From contig CALKXV010000001.1 of assembly GCA_938005545.1 (NCBI GenBank), positions 37,792-101,791 of the forward strand: a stretch of DNA of 64,000 bases. The letters run 5' to 3'. Positions within the stretch are counted from its first letter, which is position 1, and every line of letters starts with the position of its first letter. The notes below the pieces were generated by a model. It made no database searches. It was not told where the DNA came from and saw only the letters and a list, made by a program, of their open reading frames with translations. Origin of the DNA: an uncultured Rhodobacteraceae bacterium (GTDB taxonomy: Bacteria; Pseudomonadota; Alphaproteobacteria; Rhodobacterales; Rhodobacteraceae). Of this stretch, positions 53,933 to 64,000 are shown piece after piece. A program made the position numbers and the translations under genes.

Positions 53933-54853
53933 TCAAACTTTCAGGGCAGGGATGATTTGTTTTTTGCGGCTCATCACGCCCGGAAGGCTGACAAGATCAC
54001 CTTCGACTTTGGCATCAAAGCTTTTTTCAGCGATCCGTTTCACCAGATCGTTTGGAACGAACAGCACCGCTTCTTCTGACAGGATGTCGACAAGGAAAAA
54101 GAGCACCTGATCCACGCTGTCTTCTTCGGCAACCGACGTCATGTCGTCCATCAAACCGGCTTTGCGGGCAAGTACCGTTGCCGGTGACGTTGTCTCAAGC
54201 ACCGAAACACGGAATTTGGTTCCATCGACCTCGTATTCTTTGGAGTCCAGTCGAAGCAATTCAGCGTCTGAATAGGACGAAACATCGGATTTGGCGGCGA
54301 ACATCTCGGCCGCATAGTCGGCAATTTTGATCCCGAGGTCTTCGGCCAGCTCTCGCGCCAAGGCTTTGTCTACGTCTGTTGTGGTGGGTGAGCGGAATTC
54401 GAGCGTGTCGCTTAGGATACAGGACAGCATCGCGCCCTTGATCCGTTCGGGCATCTTGGCGGCGTCTTCACCCATTAAGTCATGCATAATGGTGGCCGTG
54501 CAGGCGACGGGCCGGACTGTGATGTTGATCGGCCCTTTGGTTTTCAGCCCGCCTTGCAACATGTGGTGGTCGATCAACTCGATCACATTGGCGTCGTTTA
54601 TATGGTCGGGAAGTTCAGCCACGTTATTTGTGTCAACGATCACGCAGGTGTCGTTTTCGCCGACATCTTCGAGAAATTCGGGTTTTTCCAAACCCCAGCG
54701 ATCGATAACGAACAGCGCTTCGGAATTCGGTTCGCCCAAAAGCCGGGCGGTCGCGGGTGTGCCGCGACATTCGTTTAAATACCAGGCCCAGATGATGGGT
54801 GATCCTGTGGAATCTGTGTCAGGTGATCTGTGGCCAAAAACCTTGATGCTCAT
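53933..54853 (-). CDS. ppaC: Family II (Mn-dependent) inorganic pyrophosphatase
   Basis: 306 aa. GHRSPDTDS and IDHH DHH motifs plus a DHHA2-like C-terminus. Confidence 0.88.
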   Translation of the reverse strand: MSIKVFGHRSPDTDSTGSPIIWAWYLNECRGTPATARLLGEPNSEALFVIDRWGLEKPEFLEDVGENDTCVIVDTNNVAELPDHINDANVIELIDHHMLQGGLKTKGPINITVRPVACTATIMHDLMGEDAAKMPERIKGAMLSCILSDTLEFRSPTTTDVDKALARELAEDLGIKIADYAAEMFAAKSDVSSYSDAELLRLDSKEYEVDGTKFRVSVLETTSPATVLARKAGLMDDMTSVAEEDSVDQVLFFLVDILSEEAVLFVPNDLVKRIAEKSFDAKVEGDLVSLPGVMSRKKQIIPALKV

Positions 54854-55058
54854 GAGGATACTCGTTCTTGCGGTCTGGCGTTCTCTTAGCGGCTGGAAAA
54901 GCCATTGTCACCCTGCCGAGGGCAATGAAGGATCGTCGATCCGGTCGCGTGACGAATACTCAAGTAACCTTATGGAAATATGGCGAAATCGCCCAAATCC
55001 CGATCAATTTATCGCAAATTGTCTTTGTATCGTGGACTAAATTTATTGGCCTTATTTA

Positions 55059-55178
55059 ATGTTTACACGCGATCAGATTAACAGATTTGTTGAAGCCCCC
55101 CGATTTCAGGCTCTCATTATTGGGGTTATTGTCTTCAACGCGATCATTCTGGGGTTCGAAACCTCAAAACGACCATGA
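55059..55178 (+). pseudogene. Detached S1 segment (39 codons) of the BacNav channel gene, in a different frame from the main ORF
   Basis: MFTRDQINRFVEAPRFQALIIGVIVFNAIILGFETSKRP* is the expected N-terminus and S1 helix. Restoring one A in the A4 run at 55166-55169 fuses it to the 55175 ORF. Confidence 0.6.
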
Positions 55179-55918
55179 CCCGCTTTGGCGGGCTTGTGCA
55201 TGGGTTGGATCAGATCTGTCTGGCGATCTTCACAGCCGAACTGACGTTGAAATTTTATGCTCAGCAAGGGCGGTTTTTCCGGTCTGGCTGGAACCTGTTC
55301 GATTTCGCGGTTGTTGCCATTTCTTATGTTCCCGCGGGCGGTGGGCTTTCTGTGCTTCGGGCATTGCGTATTCTTAGGGTGTTGCGCCTTGTTTCAGCAG
55401 TGCCGCGGTTGCGCCGCGTGGTCGAAGGCTTTGTAACGGCATTGCCCGGCATGGCATCGGTTTTTGCTTTGATGGCGTTGATCTTTTACATCGCGGCGGT
55501 CATCGCGACGAAGCTGTTTGCGGACGCCTTCCCGCAGTGGTTCGGCACGCTTGGATCTTCGGCGTTTTCCTTGTTTCAGATAATGACGCTGGAAAGCTGG
55601 TCGATGGGTATTGTGCGGCCAGTGATGGAGATTTACCCACACGCTTGGGCATTCTTCGTCCCGTTCATTCTGGTCACGACCTTTGCGGTGGTGAACTTGA
55701 TTGTAGGATTGATCGTAAATTCCATGCAGGATGCGCATGGCGAAGAGAAGGTCGAAGCGACCGAAATTTACCGGGACGAAATGATCATGCGTCTTGAGGT
55801 GATCGAGGCAAAACTGGATGCCATGGTGCCCATCGACAAAGTTCGCGATTCAGCCGCAAGCTATCCCGATTATCGGGCGCGGCGCACGTCGATGATTGTT
55901 AGCGGTGGCGCAGAATAG
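55175..55918 (+). CDS. Voltage-gated ion channel, bacterial sodium channel (NaChBac/BacNav) type. The ORF lacks S1 because of an upstream frameshift.
   Basis: S4 LRALRILRVLRLVSAVPRLRRVV, selectivity filter FQIMTLESWSMG, a pore module and a C-terminal coiled-coil-like tail. Confidence 0.85.
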   Translation: MTRFGGLVHGLDQICLAIFTAELTLKFYAQQGRFFRSGWNLFDFAVVAISYVPAGGGLSVLRALRILRVLRLVSAVPRLRRVVEGFVTALPGMASVFALMALIFYIAAVIATKLFADAFPQWFGTLGSSAFSLFQIMTLESWSMGIVRPVMEIYPHAWAFFVPFILVTTFAVVNLIVGLIVNSMQDAHGEEKVEATEIYRDEMIMRLEVIEAKLDAMVPIDKVRDSAASYPDYRARRTSMIVSGGAE

Positions 55919-55921
55919 ACG

Positions 55922-57847
55922 TTACGCCCGCTGAGACAAATCCGCGACGCCCAAGGTTTCCAACACTTTTGTTTCGATATGTTCGGCGTTCATAGCGGCT
56001 TGTGCATACATGTCTTCAGGACTGGACTGGTCGATGTAGATGTCCGGGAAAGTTATCGAGCGGAATTTCAAACCTTGGTCAAAGACACCTTCCTCGGCCA
56101 AAAGATGTGACACATGGCTGCCGAACCCACCGACCGCGCCTTCTTCGATTGTGATCAACGCGTCGTGGTTTGCCGCCAGTGACAGGATCATGTCGCGATC
56201 CAAAGGTTTTGCGAACCGAGCGTCGGCAATGGTGGGTGTGATGCCCCGAGCCGAAAGCGCGTCGGCGGCTTTTTCGACTTCGGACAGACGCGTGCCGAAC
56301 GACAGGATAGCGACCCCTTTTCCATCTTTGACGATGCGACCCTTGCCGATCTCTAAAACCTCGCCGTGTTCCGGCATATCAACGCCCACGCCTTCGCCGC
56401 GTGGATACCGGAACGCGATTGGGCCATCGTCATAGGCCGTTGCAGTGGCGACCATGTGGACCAGTTCGGCTTCGTCGGATGCGGCCATGACAACCATGTT
56501 CGGCAGGCAAGACAGATACGCAATGTCGAAAGCACCGGCGTGGGTCGCACCATCGGCACCGACCAGCCCAGCGCGATCAATGGCGAAACGGACGGGCAGA
56601 TTTTGCAGCGCCACGTCGTGAACGATCTGGTCATAGCCCCGTTGCAGGAAGGTGGAATAGATCGCGCAGAACGGCTTCATACCGCCCGCCGCCAGCCCAC
56701 CGGCGAAAGTGACGCCGTGTTGTTCAGCAATGCCAACGTCGAAACAACGGGCCGGGAAACGTTCAGCAAACAGGTTCAAACCGGTGCCATCTGGCATAGC
56801 CGCGGTGACGGCGACCACTTTGTCGTCGCGTGATGCCTCGTCAATCAGCGCATTGGCGAAGACTTTGGTATAGGATGGGGCATTTGACGGTGATTTTTTT
56901 TGAACACCGGTGACGATGTCAAATTTCGAGACGCCATGGCCCTTGTCACGTGCCGTTTCGGCAGGGGCGTAGCCTTTGCCTTTTTTGGTGATCACATGGA
57001 TCAGGATCGGCCCGGTTGCGCGATCTTTAACGGTGCGCAGCACGGGTAGAAGTTGATCGAGGTCATGGCCGTCGATGGGGCCAAGGTAGGAAAAGCCCAG
57101 TTCTTCGAACAGGGTTCCTCCGACAACGCTTTGTTTCAGCACATCTTTGGCGCGCCTTGCGCCTTCGCGGAAGGGTTCAGGCAGAAGGCTGACAGCCCCT
57201 TTGGCGGCGGATTTCAATTCTTGGAACGGATCACCGGCGTAAAGCCGCGACAGGTACGACGACATGGCACCGACGGGGGGCGCAATCGACATTTCGTTGT
57301 CATTCAGAATGACGATCAGGCGTTTTTTCAAGTGGCCGGCGTTGTTCAACGCTTCGTAAGCCATGCCAGCGGAAATGGCACCATCGCCGATAATCGCGAT
57401 GGCGTCGCCAAGGCCGGTGTCGCAGGTACCGCCAAGATCGCGGGCGACTGCAAAGCCCAAGGCGGCAGATATCGACGTGGAACTATGCGCGGCCCCGAAC
57501 GGATCATAGGGGCTTTCACTGCGCTTGGTGAAACCTGACAGCCCGCCTTTCTGGCGTAATGTACGGATACGATCCCGGCGGTCGGTCAAAATTTTGTGGG
57601 GATAACACTGATGCGAAACGTCCCAGATCAGTTTGTCTTTCGGGGTGTTGAAGACGCTGTGCAGTGCAACGGTCAGTTCGACCACACCAAGACCAGCGCC
57701 CAGATGGCCACCCGTTTCACTGACGGCGCTGATCGTTTCGGCGCGCAGTTCATTGGCAAGGATATGCAGCTCGCCATCAGAAAGCTGCTTAAGATCAGCA
57801 GGGACGGACACACGGTCCAGCGTCGGGGTGTTCGGGCGTTCGGTCAC
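55922..57847 (-). CDS. dxs: 1-deoxy-D-xylulose-5-phosphate synthase
   Basis: 641 aa with [14 protein letters not shown] and TPP-binding motifs. Confidence 0.95.
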   Translation of the reverse strand: MTERPNTPTLDRVSVPADLKQLSDGELHILANELRAETISAVSETGGHLGAGLGVVELTVALHSVFNTPKDKLIWDVSHQCYPHKILTDRRDRIRTLRQKGGLSGFTKRSESPYDPFGAAHSSTSISAALGFAVARDLGGTCDTGLGDAIAIIGDGAISAGMAYEALNNAGHLKKRLIVILNDNEMSIAPPVGAMSSYLSRLYAGDPFQELKSAAKGAVSLLPEPFREGARRAKDVLKQSVVGGTLFEELGFSYLGPIDGHDLDQLLPVLRTVKDRATGPILIHVITKKGKGYAPAETARDKGHGVSKFDIVTGVQKKSPSNAPSYTKVFANALIDEASRDDKVVAVTAAMPDGTGLNLFAERFPARCFDVGIAEQHGVTFAGGLAAGGMKPFCAIYSTFLQRGYDQIVHDVALQNLPVRFAIDRAGLVGADGATHAGAFDIAYLSCLPNMVVMAASDEAELVHMVATATAYDDGPIAFRYPRGEGVGVDMPEHGEVLEIGKGRIVKDGKGVAILSFGTRLSEVEKAADALSARGITPTIADARFAKPLDRDMILSLAANHDALITIEEGAVGGFGSHVSHLLAEEGVFDQGLKFRSITFPDIYIDQSSPEDMYAQAAMNAEHIETKVLETLGVADLSQRA

Positions 57848-57862
57848 AGGACCTCCGAATAA

Positions 57863-58729
57863 TCAGAACTCGCGCGAGATAACGAAGCGGGCGGCATCGC
57901 GCAAGACGTCTGCTTCAGCATTATATGGGGTTAATGCGTGCAGAGCCTCTGCGACCAATTCCCGCGCCTTGTTTTTCGCGCCGTCCAGTCCAAGGTGAGA
58001 TACAAAAGTAGCTTTACCCGCAGTTTCGTCCTTTTGCAGGCGTTTTCCGGCTTTTCGCTCATCGCCAGTGACATCCAGAATGTCATCGGCGATCTGGAAT
58101 GCACGCCCCAAACAGCTGGCATAGTCCCGCATAGGGGCAGGGTTTTCACCGGCCATAATGGCGCCAGCGGCACAGCTCCATTCGATCAACGCGCCGGTTT
58201 TGCCGGATTGAAGGCTTTCGATATCGGCCAAAGACAGGGGTGTTTGGGCCGTTTCAGCCTCGATATCCATGTTTTGCCCCCGGATCAGGGCGCGTCCGCC
58301 AGCTTCTTGGGCAAGGGAGTGCGACAGGGCGAGTTTCTTAGTGTCTGGCAACGGGCCTTTGGCAACCAGTTCGAAGGCCAGAGCATGAAGCGCATCGCCG
58401 ACAAGGATCGCGGTTGCTTCGTCCCATTTGACGTGAACGGTAGGCTGGCCCCGGCGCAGGTCATCGTTGTCCATTGCAGGCAAGTCATCGTGCACCAGCG
58501 AATAGGCGTGAAGCGCTTCGATGGCTGCGGCAGCTGAAATAGCGTGATTGCGGGGAACGCCGTGGAGGGCTGCACTTTGGATCACGAGGAAGCCGCGCAA
58601 ACGTTTGCCGCCGCTCAAGGCATGACGCATTCCGTCGGTGATACGGTCATTGGGAAAGTCTGTCAGCGCATCCATCAGGCAGGCTTGGATAACATCTGCC
58701 TCGGCCTTTAGAAGGTCATCAAAGCTCAC
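57863..58729 (-). CDS. ispA: Farnesyl/geranylgeranyl diphosphate synthase (polyprenyl synthetase)
   Basis: 288 aa. [14 protein letters not shown] (first Asp-rich motif) and FQIADDILD (second). Confidence 0.88.
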   Translation of the reverse strand: MSFDDLLKAEADVIQACLMDALTDFPNDRITDGMRHALSGGKRLRGFLVIQSAALHGVPRNHAISAAAAIEALHAYSLVHDDLPAMDNDDLRRGQPTVHVKWDEATAILVGDALHALAFELVAKGPLPDTKKLALSHSLAQEAGGRALIRGQNMDIEAETAQTPLSLADIESLQSGKTGALIEWSCAAGAIMAGENPAPMRDYASCLGRAFQIADDILDVTGDERKAGKRLQKDETAGKATFVSHLGLDGAKNKARELVAEALHALTPYNAEADVLRDAARFVISREF

Positions 58730-58968
58730 CCCAAATCGACCGCTTCAGTTCCTGTGGGTGTTCCGTCACTGGACAATGTGATCTTGGCGACTTTCTCTTC
58801 GGCTTCGGCGAGCTTTTTCTGGCAGTGTTCTTTCAGAGCGGCACCACGTTCATAGAGCTTGATTGATTGGTCCAAAGGCACGTCGCCGCTTTCCAATTGG
58901 CCAACGACCACTTCAAGTTCTTTCATCGCGTCTTCGAAGCTGAGGTCTGCTACAGCTTTATCGGTCAT
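58726..58968 (-). CDS. xseB: Exodeoxyribonuclease VII small subunit
   Basis: 80 aa. [32 protein letters not shown]. Overlaps both neighbours by 4 nt. Confidence 0.88.
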   Translation of the reverse strand: MTDKAVADLSFEDAMKELEVVVGQLESGDVPLDQSIKLYERGAALKEHCQKKLAEAEEKVAKITLSSDGTPTGTEAVDLG

Positions 58969-59891
58969 TCTTCATGCTCCCTAAGCGCTTGGACATGGGC
59001 CACGGTGGATGCGGCCAGAGCGTCCAGATCATAACCGCCTTCCAGTGTCGAGACCACGCGGCCTTTTGCGTGCGCCTCAGCGACTTCGCAGATGGCGCTG
59101 GTGACCCAAGCGAAATCCTGTTCGTGCCAGTTCAGGTTCGCCAATGGATCTGCAGCGTGGGCGTCGAACCCGGCCGAGATCAAGATCAGTTCGGGCGCGA
59201 AGTCATCAACGGCGGGCAGGATAACGTCACCCCAGGCGCGGCGCATTTCGGGACCGCCGGTCATGGGGTTTAAAGGCGTGTTCAGGACATTGCCGTGCGC
59301 ACCCGTTTCATGAGCCGCGCCCGAGCCCGGATAAAGCGGCATTTGGTGCGATGAACAGAAAAACGTGCGCGGTTCGTCCCACAAAAGATCTTGGGTGCCG
59401 TTGCCGTGATGCACATCGAAATCCAGCACAGCGACGCGACTTAGTCCGTGATGATCCAGCGCGCGTTTGGCGGCAATTGCGACCGTGCCAAACAGGCAGA
59501 AACCCATTGCGGTGCTGGATTCTGCGTGGTGCCCGGGGGGGCGCATGGCAGTGAAGGCCGTTTTTGTTTCACCCGCCATCACCGCGTCGAGCGCTGCATT
59601 GCATCCTCCGACTGCGCGCAATGCGGAATCGAGTGAACCGGGCGACATGTGGGTGTCAGCGTCCAGGGAAACATAGTCATCCGCCGGTGAAGCGGCAGCG
59701 ATCCGATCAAAGTAAGCGGCAGGATGGCAGCGTTCGACTTCTGAACGATCAGCGGGCAATGCGTCACGCCATTCCAATCCGTCGATTTTCTGAAGCGCGG
59801 CTTTCACGGCTTCCGCACGTTCTACCCGTTCGGGGTGCCCGGGTGGTGTGACGTGGTTTAGCGCGGCTTCGTTCCAGTAGATTTGTGTCAT
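58965..59891 (-). CDS. Histone deacetylase-family (acetoin utilisation / acetylpolyamine amidohydrolase-like) protein
   Basis: About 308 aa from ATG 59891. [16 protein letters not shown] and EGGY motifs. Confidence 0.85.
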   Translation of the reverse strand: MTQIYWNEAALNHVTPPGHPERVERAEAVKAALQKIDGLEWRDALPADRSEVERCHPAAYFDRIAAASPADDYVSLDADTHMSPGSLDSALRAVGGCNAALDAVMAGETKTAFTAMRPPGHHAESSTAMGFCLFGTVAIAAKRALDHHGLSRVAVLDFDVHHGNGTQDLLWDEPRTFFCSSHQMPLYPGSGAAHETGAHGNVLNTPLNPMTGGPEMRRAWGDVILPAVDDFAPELILISAGFDAHAADPLANLNWHEQDFAWVTSAICEVAEAHAKGRVVSTLEGGYDLDALAASTVAHVQALREHEE

Positions 59892-59901
59892 GAATTGCCC
59901 T

Positions 59902-60603
59902 TCAATCCGGGGCCAGCATGTACCCTGCGCCACGCACGGTTTGCAGATAGCGTGGTTGTTTGGGGTCGGATTCGATTTTGCGCCGAAGTCGCGTAATCTG
60001 AACATCGACTGCGCGTTCCTGTGCTTGACCGCCGTCGCGTCCAAGGTCTTCGACCAATTTTGTGCGGCTAAGGGGTTCGCCTGGTTGTGCTGAGAAGATG
60101 CGCATCAATTGGGATTCGGTGGCCGTCAGGCGCACAGGATCGTCGCCGTTCCACATTGCACCTTTTTCCACATCGTAACGGAAGGCGCCCAGCGACAACA
60201 CTTTGGGTGCAATGTCTGTGGGTTCGGCCGCGGGCACCCGTCGCAGAATCGAATTAATGCGCAACAACAGTTCTTTTGGCTCAAAGGGTTTGGCGAGGTA
60301 GTCATCAGCCCCGGCTTCCAGCCCTGCGATCCGATCATTGGTTTCGTTTTTAGCCGTCAGCAAAAGGATTGGGGTCTCACGCTCCTCGCGCAAACGTTTA
60401 CAGAAGCTAATCCCGTCTTCGCCGGGCATCATCACATCCAACACGATCAGATCGAAGTCCAATCCGTTCAGAACCCGTTCGGCATGGGCAGCGTCACGCG
60501 CCGACGATACGAGGAAACCGTGGCGCATGAGAAATTTTTGCAACAGCCCTCGGATGCGTTCATCGTCGTCGACGATCAGCAAATGGGCGTCGGGATCAAT
60601 CAT
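59902..60603 (-). CDS. OmpR-family response regulator (PetR-like arrangement with an upstream MarR gene)
   Basis: 233 aa with a receiver domain (LLIVDDDERIR) plus a winged-helix trans_reg_C domain (RLRRKIE...YLQTVRGAGY). Confidence 0.85.
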   Translation of the reverse strand: MIDPDAHLLIVDDDERIRGLLQKFLMRHGFLVSSARDAAHAERVLNGLDFDLIVLDVMMPGEDGISFCKRLREERETPILLLTAKNETNDRIAGLEAGADDYLAKPFEPKELLLRINSILRRVPAAEPTDIAPKVLSLGAFRYDVEKGAMWNGDDPVRLTATESQLMRIFSAQPGEPLSRTKLVEDLGRDGGQAQERAVDVQITRLRRKIESDPKQPRYLQTVRGAGYMLAPD

Positions 60604-61106
60604 ACTTCTGCGTCCTTCAGTCTTGCGTAGTGGCGTCGCATGTCGCTATCCATCATCGCTTCCAGAACTTGGCGAAACCCGGCAACTGCTTCGGGTCCCG
60701 TCTGCCTAAAAGCAGTGCGCATGCGATCTCTTTGGGCATTCGACAATTCGCGCTCAAGTTCAAGGCCTGTTTCTGTTAGGTTCAGGTGGCGTTCACGTTT
60801 ATCTCGCGTGCCAACTTCGCTTTGCACAAGCCCGTCGTCAATGAGTGTTCTAAGAACCCGGTTCAAGGACTGTTTAGTAACGCCAAGGATCGACAATAGG
60901 TTATTCACCGTCGTTCCGGGTGTGCGCTTGATGAAGTGGATCGCTCGGTGGTGTGCGCGACCATAGCCTTTTTCGCCCAGAATGCGATCTGGATCGGCCG
61001 TGAAACCGCGATATGCGAAAAACATCGCCTCGATCCCTTTTCGCAAATGTTCGTCGGTCAGGAATAGCAGGGTTTCGTTGCCCTGTGGTCCGCTTCTGTC
61101 GGCCAT
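60600..61106 (-). CDS. MarR-family regulator (PetP-like)
   Basis: 168 aa with a winged-helix core (TVNNLLSILGVTKQSLNRVLRTLIDDGLV). 4-nt overlap with the response-regulator gene. Confidence 0.8.
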   Translation of the reverse strand: MADRSGPQGNETLLFLTDEHLRKGIEAMFFAYRGFTADPDRILGEKGYGRAHHRAIHFIKRTPGTTVNNLLSILGVTKQSLNRVLRTLIDDGLVQSEVGTRDKRERHLNLTETGLELERELSNAQRDRMRTAFRQTGPEAVAGFRQVLEAMMDSDMRRHYARLKDAEV

Positions 61107-61119
61107 GTTGTCCTCGTCT

Positions 61120-61187
61120 GCTCAAATCGATTTTATGTCAGCCTTGTTGACATTCCAAGTGCCGACTGCTAGCTCAAATCGAATTTT
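61120..61187. repeat. Two direct repeats GCTCAAATCGA(A)TTTT flanking a TTGACA hexamer
   Basis: Copies lie at 61120-61134 and 61172-61187 (52 bp apart), with TTGACA at 61147-61152. Located in the marR/ilvE divergent intergenic region. Confidence 0.45.
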
Positions 61188-61246
61188 CCGCAACTTTATG
61201 ACCGTTTCGGAACTATTCGCGCAACTTTTGGAAACGGAGGCCGGCC

Positions 61247-62113
61247 ATGGCTGGGTATGATGATCTTGACGGATTGATTTGGATGGACGGCAAAATGGTC
61301 GATTGGCGTGCGGCCAACGTCCATATTTTGTCCCATGCAATGCATTATGCGTCCAGCGTGTTTGAAGGCGAGCGCGCGTACAATGGCAAGATTTTCAAGT
61401 CGCGCGAACATTCCGAACGCCTGCATTTTTCGGCAGGCGAGCTGGATTTTGAAATCCCCTATTCGGTCGATGAAATCGAAGCGGCCAAGCAGCAGGTTTT
61501 GGCCCAGAATGGCCTGACAGACGCTTATGTGCGAGCCGTTGCTTGGCGTGGTGCGGGTGAAGATATGGGTGTCGCATCGGCGCGAAACCCCGTTCATCTG
61601 GCAATCGCATCGTGGGAATGGGGCAGTTACTATGGCGATGCCAAGTACAAAGGTGCCAAACTGGACATCGCGAAATGGAAGCGTCCGTCGCCAGAAACTA
61701 TCCCTGTGCACGCCAAAGCGGCCGGGCTTTACATGATCTGCACCACATCGAAACACGCCGCCGAAGCCAAAGGCTGTTCCGACGCGTTGTTCATGGATTA
61801 TCGCGGGTATGTGGCCGAAGCGACCGGAGCCAACATCTTTTTCGTGAAGGACGGCGAAGTCCATACGCCCAACCCGGACGCCTTTTTAAACGGTTTGACC
61901 CGCCAAACGGTGATTGGAATGTTGAAAGACCGACAGATCAAAGTGCACGAACGGGTCATCATGCCAGAAGAACTTGAAAGCTTTGAGCAATGTTGGTTGA
62001 CCGGAACGGCGGCGGAAGTGACACCAGTTGGCCAGATCGCGGATTACAGCTTTGAAGTTGGTGCACTGACGCGGGATGTGGCCGAAAGCTATGAGAAACT
62101 AGTGCGGGCCTAG
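61247..62113 (+). CDS. ilvE: Branched-chain amino acid aminotransferase (class IV)
   Basis: 288 aa. HAMHYASSVFEGERAY and other fold-type IV motifs. Confidence 0.88.
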   Translation: MAGYDDLDGLIWMDGKMVDWRAANVHILSHAMHYASSVFEGERAYNGKIFKSREHSERLHFSAGELDFEIPYSVDEIEAAKQQVLAQNGLTDAYVRAVAWRGAGEDMGVASARNPVHLAIASWEWGSYYGDAKYKGAKLDIAKWKRPSPETIPVHAKAAGLYMICTTSKHAAEAKGCSDALFMDYRGYVAEATGANIFFVKDGEVHTPNPDAFLNGLTRQTVIGMLKDRQIKVHERVIMPEELESFEQCWLTGTAAEVTPVGQIADYSFEVGALTRDVAESYEKLVRA

Positions 62114-62123
62114 GCGACCACGT

Positions 62124-62495
62124 CTACTTGCTGCCCGGCCCGAAACGGCGCGGGGCTTGGGGTTTTTCGTCTTGTCCCATCCAAGATCGAAGCACTGAGA
62201 CATCTTGATTCTGCCTGTTGCTGGTGGCCTGATACGCCCAGACCGCCAGCACAACAGAAAATTGGAATGCGATGATCAAGTTCAGGTTGACGGTAAACCC
62301 ATATCTGAACGTCCGGTGGCCAATTGCAATTTGGGCAATCTTTGAACCCGCACAACCACCGATCCAAGAAAGCCCCAAGAATAGCTTGTCGGGCATCTGA
62401 CAAATACCGCGCACAACCAAAGCTTTGTCGATGATCGACAAGACCAGTGTCACCAGATTGATTGCGAGAATATAGATCAATAGCTGTTGGGTCAC
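62124..62495 (-). CDS. DUF1294-family small membrane protein
   Basis: 123 aa. DK..A......PD..L...S..GG..G......HRT.RY pattern. Confidence 0.6.
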   Translation of the reverse strand: MTQQLLIYILAINLVTLVLSIIDKALVVRGICQMPDKLFLGLSWIGGCAGSKIAQIAIGHRTFRYGFTVNLNLIIAFQFSVVLAVWAYQATSNRQNQDVSVLRSWMGQDEKPQAPRRFGPGSK

Positions 62496-62599
62496 GATGT
62501 GTACCTGTCAAAACACCAGGTCGCAATAATCCACACCAAAGCCTTAATTCTGGTTAGCAAAGATCCGAAACATCCAAAAAATTAGGTGATCGGCCTTTC

Positions 62600-63535
62600 T
62601 CACCCATATTTCGTGACGTGCTGGCGTGCTTTTCCGCGTTGCAATCGCAATTGGTGCTCGCGGAAAATGATCAACACGCCTGCGGTAATCACATTGGCAG
62701 ATCCTACGATCATTTGCGGCGTTGGAACTTCGGCAAAGAATACATAGCCGATCGCAAGGGCGAACAGGATCGAAGCATAATCAAAGGGTGCGACGATGCT
62801 GGCATCGCCGAAGCGGTAAGCGTTCGTTCCAAAGATTTGCCCCAAGCCACCGACCAGACCTGCGCCGACAAGGTACCCCATAACTGCGACCGATGGCACA
62901 ACCCAACCGAATGGCAGCGACAAAAGACCCATCAAAGACGCAAAGATCGAGAACCAGAACACGATGGCAGCCGGATGTTCATGAGCAACCATGCGACGCA
63001 CCATCACTTGCGCGGCTGCGGCGCAAAACGACCCGCCAAGCACCAAAAGCGCGCCCAGCGCCAGTTTGGGATCGGCATCGCCAGTGGTGACCGACAGGCG
63101 CGGCCACAGGATAATAAGGACCCCCAGCAATCCCATGAAGACCGCTGTCAGACGGACCTTGCGAATGGTTTCACCCAAGAAAATCGCCGCAAGGATCACG
63201 ACGAAAATCGGGACAGCGTATTGGATCGCTTTGACCTCAGACAGCGGCAAGATCGCCAACCCTGCAAACGACAGCCCCATGGCTGTCGATCCGATGATCC
63301 CGCGAAACACGTGTTCGCGGACGTTTTGCGTGCGAAGGCCCGTTTTCAGTTCACGTCGTGATGCCAGCCACAGGATGATCACTGGCAAGGCGCAAAACGA
63401 ACGGAAGAAAACGGCTTGGCCCGGTGGCACTTCGACCGAGGCGGCCTTGATGAACGCACCCATGACCACGAACAACACAACCGCGCAAAGCTTCAGCCCT
63501 ATGGCAAGGAAGGGATTGTCGGGCCTATCGGTCAT
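62600..63535 (-). CDS. EamA/DMT-family transporter
   Basis: 311 aa with 10 hydrophobic segments. Confidence 0.75.
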   Translation of the reverse strand: MTDRPDNPFLAIGLKLCAVVLFVVMGAFIKAASVEVPPGQAVFFRSFCALPVIILWLASRRELKTGLRTQNVREHVFRGIIGSTAMGLSFAGLAILPLSEVKAIQYAVPIFVVILAAIFLGETIRKVRLTAVFMGLLGVLIILWPRLSVTTGDADPKLALGALLVLGGSFCAAAAQVMVRRMVAHEHPAAIVFWFSIFASLMGLLSLPFGWVVPSVAVMGYLVGAGLVGGLGQIFGTNAYRFGDASIVAPFDYASILFALAIGYVFFAEVPTPQMIVGSANVITAGVLIIFREHQLRLQRGKARQHVTKYG

Positions 63536-63547
63536 AAGGCGGCTCTA

Positions 63548-64000
63548 TCAGGCTTCGGGCAGCTGGTCGACGGCCCAGCGTGCCGCGTCGGCGACTGTGG
63601 GGTCTGCATCCGCCGTTAGTTTGGCCGCGATTGCGCGGAGGCCTGGATCGTTTGAGTTTCCAATGGCGTAAAGCACGTTTCGGACAAACCGATTCCGCCC
63701 CGAACGTTTGATGGGCGAACCTGAGAATTTAGCGCGAAAACTTGCGTCATCCAATTGTGCCAGTTCCGCCAGTGGCGGTGCGTCCAGATCGCCCTTGGTC
63801 GCATACCGCACGTCACGTGCTGTTTCGGCGAACTTGTTCCAAGGGCAAGCGGCAAGGCAATCGTCGCAGCCATATATGCGATTGCCAAGCTTGGGGCGCA
63901 GGGCCTCATCGACCGGGCCGTCATGTTCGATTGTCAGGTAAGAAATGCAAAGCCGGGCATCCAGTTGATAGGGTGCCGGAAATGCGTCGGTTGGGCAGAT
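63548..64000 (-). CDS. queG: Epoxyqueuosine reductase QueG, C-terminal part (gene continues beyond the window)
   Basis: The frame is open to the window edge. It reads [26 protein letters not shown]...[14 protein letters not shown] (4Fe-4S) plus a C-terminal HEAT-like tail. Confidence 0.88.
   Translation of the reverse strand: MCPTDAFPAPYQLDARLCISYLTIEHDGPVDEALRPKLGNRIYGCDDCLAACPWNKFAETARDVRYATKGDLDAPPLAELAQLDDASFRAKFSGSPIKRSGRNRFVRNVLYAIGNSNDPGLRAIAAKLTADADPTVADAARWAVDQLPEA

Noticed and set aside
61196-61864. 222-aa minus-strand ORF antisense to ilvE
   Set aside because: It is a shadow ORF, and ilvE on the plus strand is unambiguous.
62618-63671. Plus-strand ORFs of 247 and 226 aa antisense to the EamA transporter gene
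   Set aside because: These are typical antisense ORFs of a GC-rich membrane-protein gene, with Arg/Pro/Ser-rich translations.
1-64000. CRISPR arrays, rRNA genes, intact prophage or defence-system gene sets
   Set aside because: None were seen. There are no regularly spaced short repeats, no rRNA-like conserved segments, and no integrase, terminase, restriction, helicase or nuclease clusters in the ORF set.

Overview
The window looks like a chromosomal segment of a moderately GC-rich marine alphaproteobacterium. It appears Rhodobacterales-like; this is an inference from gene content and synteny (regB-senC-regA, tsaD/hemD-Mic60-like-hemY-like, a motB-flgEKLI block, TRAP transporters), not from any search. 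I can support about 60 protein genes, one tRNA-Thr(CGU), two intrinsic terminators, one decayed IS110 element and several candidate operators. I saw no rRNA and no CRISPR array.

The backbone is housekeeping:
- Redox control: regB, senC, regA.
- Central metabolism and tRNA modification: ahcY, gpsA, tsaD.
- Heme and membrane block: hemD, a Mic60-like gene, a HemY-like gene.
- Flagellar genes: motB, flgE, flgK, flgL, flgI.
- Purine salvage: ade, amn.
- Others: an HU family gene, ccdA, ppaC, dxs-ispA-xseB, ilvE, queG.

The stretch from about 13.4 to 36.6 kb (tRNA-Thr to the IS110 remnant) looks accessory. It holds four notable things:
1. A roughly 1550-aa PA14 / RTX / LamG mosaic protein. It contains an internally duplicated, unrecognised His/Asp-rich module of about 220 aa and ends in a polyacidic tail. 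Downstream lies an Asp/Asn-beta-hydroxylase-like gene translationally coupled to a threonine aldolase.
2. A WYL/YafY regulator paired with an SRPBCC protein, next to a decayed non-coding stretch.
3. An aromatic-acid catabolic cluster. It joins phthalate-type upper-pathway genes (Rieske oxygenase, PDR-type reductase, Gfo/Idh/MocA dehydrogenase, dihydroxyphthalate-decarboxylase-like protein) to a gentisate-dioxygenase-like bicupin, a FAH hydrolase and a TRAP transporter. A MarR gene and a near-identical palindromic operator at two promoters appear to tie it together.
4. YceI-domain genes and remnants.

Outside that stretch, a BacNav-type voltage-gated channel gene is split by a 1-nt frameshift in an A4 run.

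All functional calls come from motif recognition by eye. No database search, alignment statistic or structure prediction was run.
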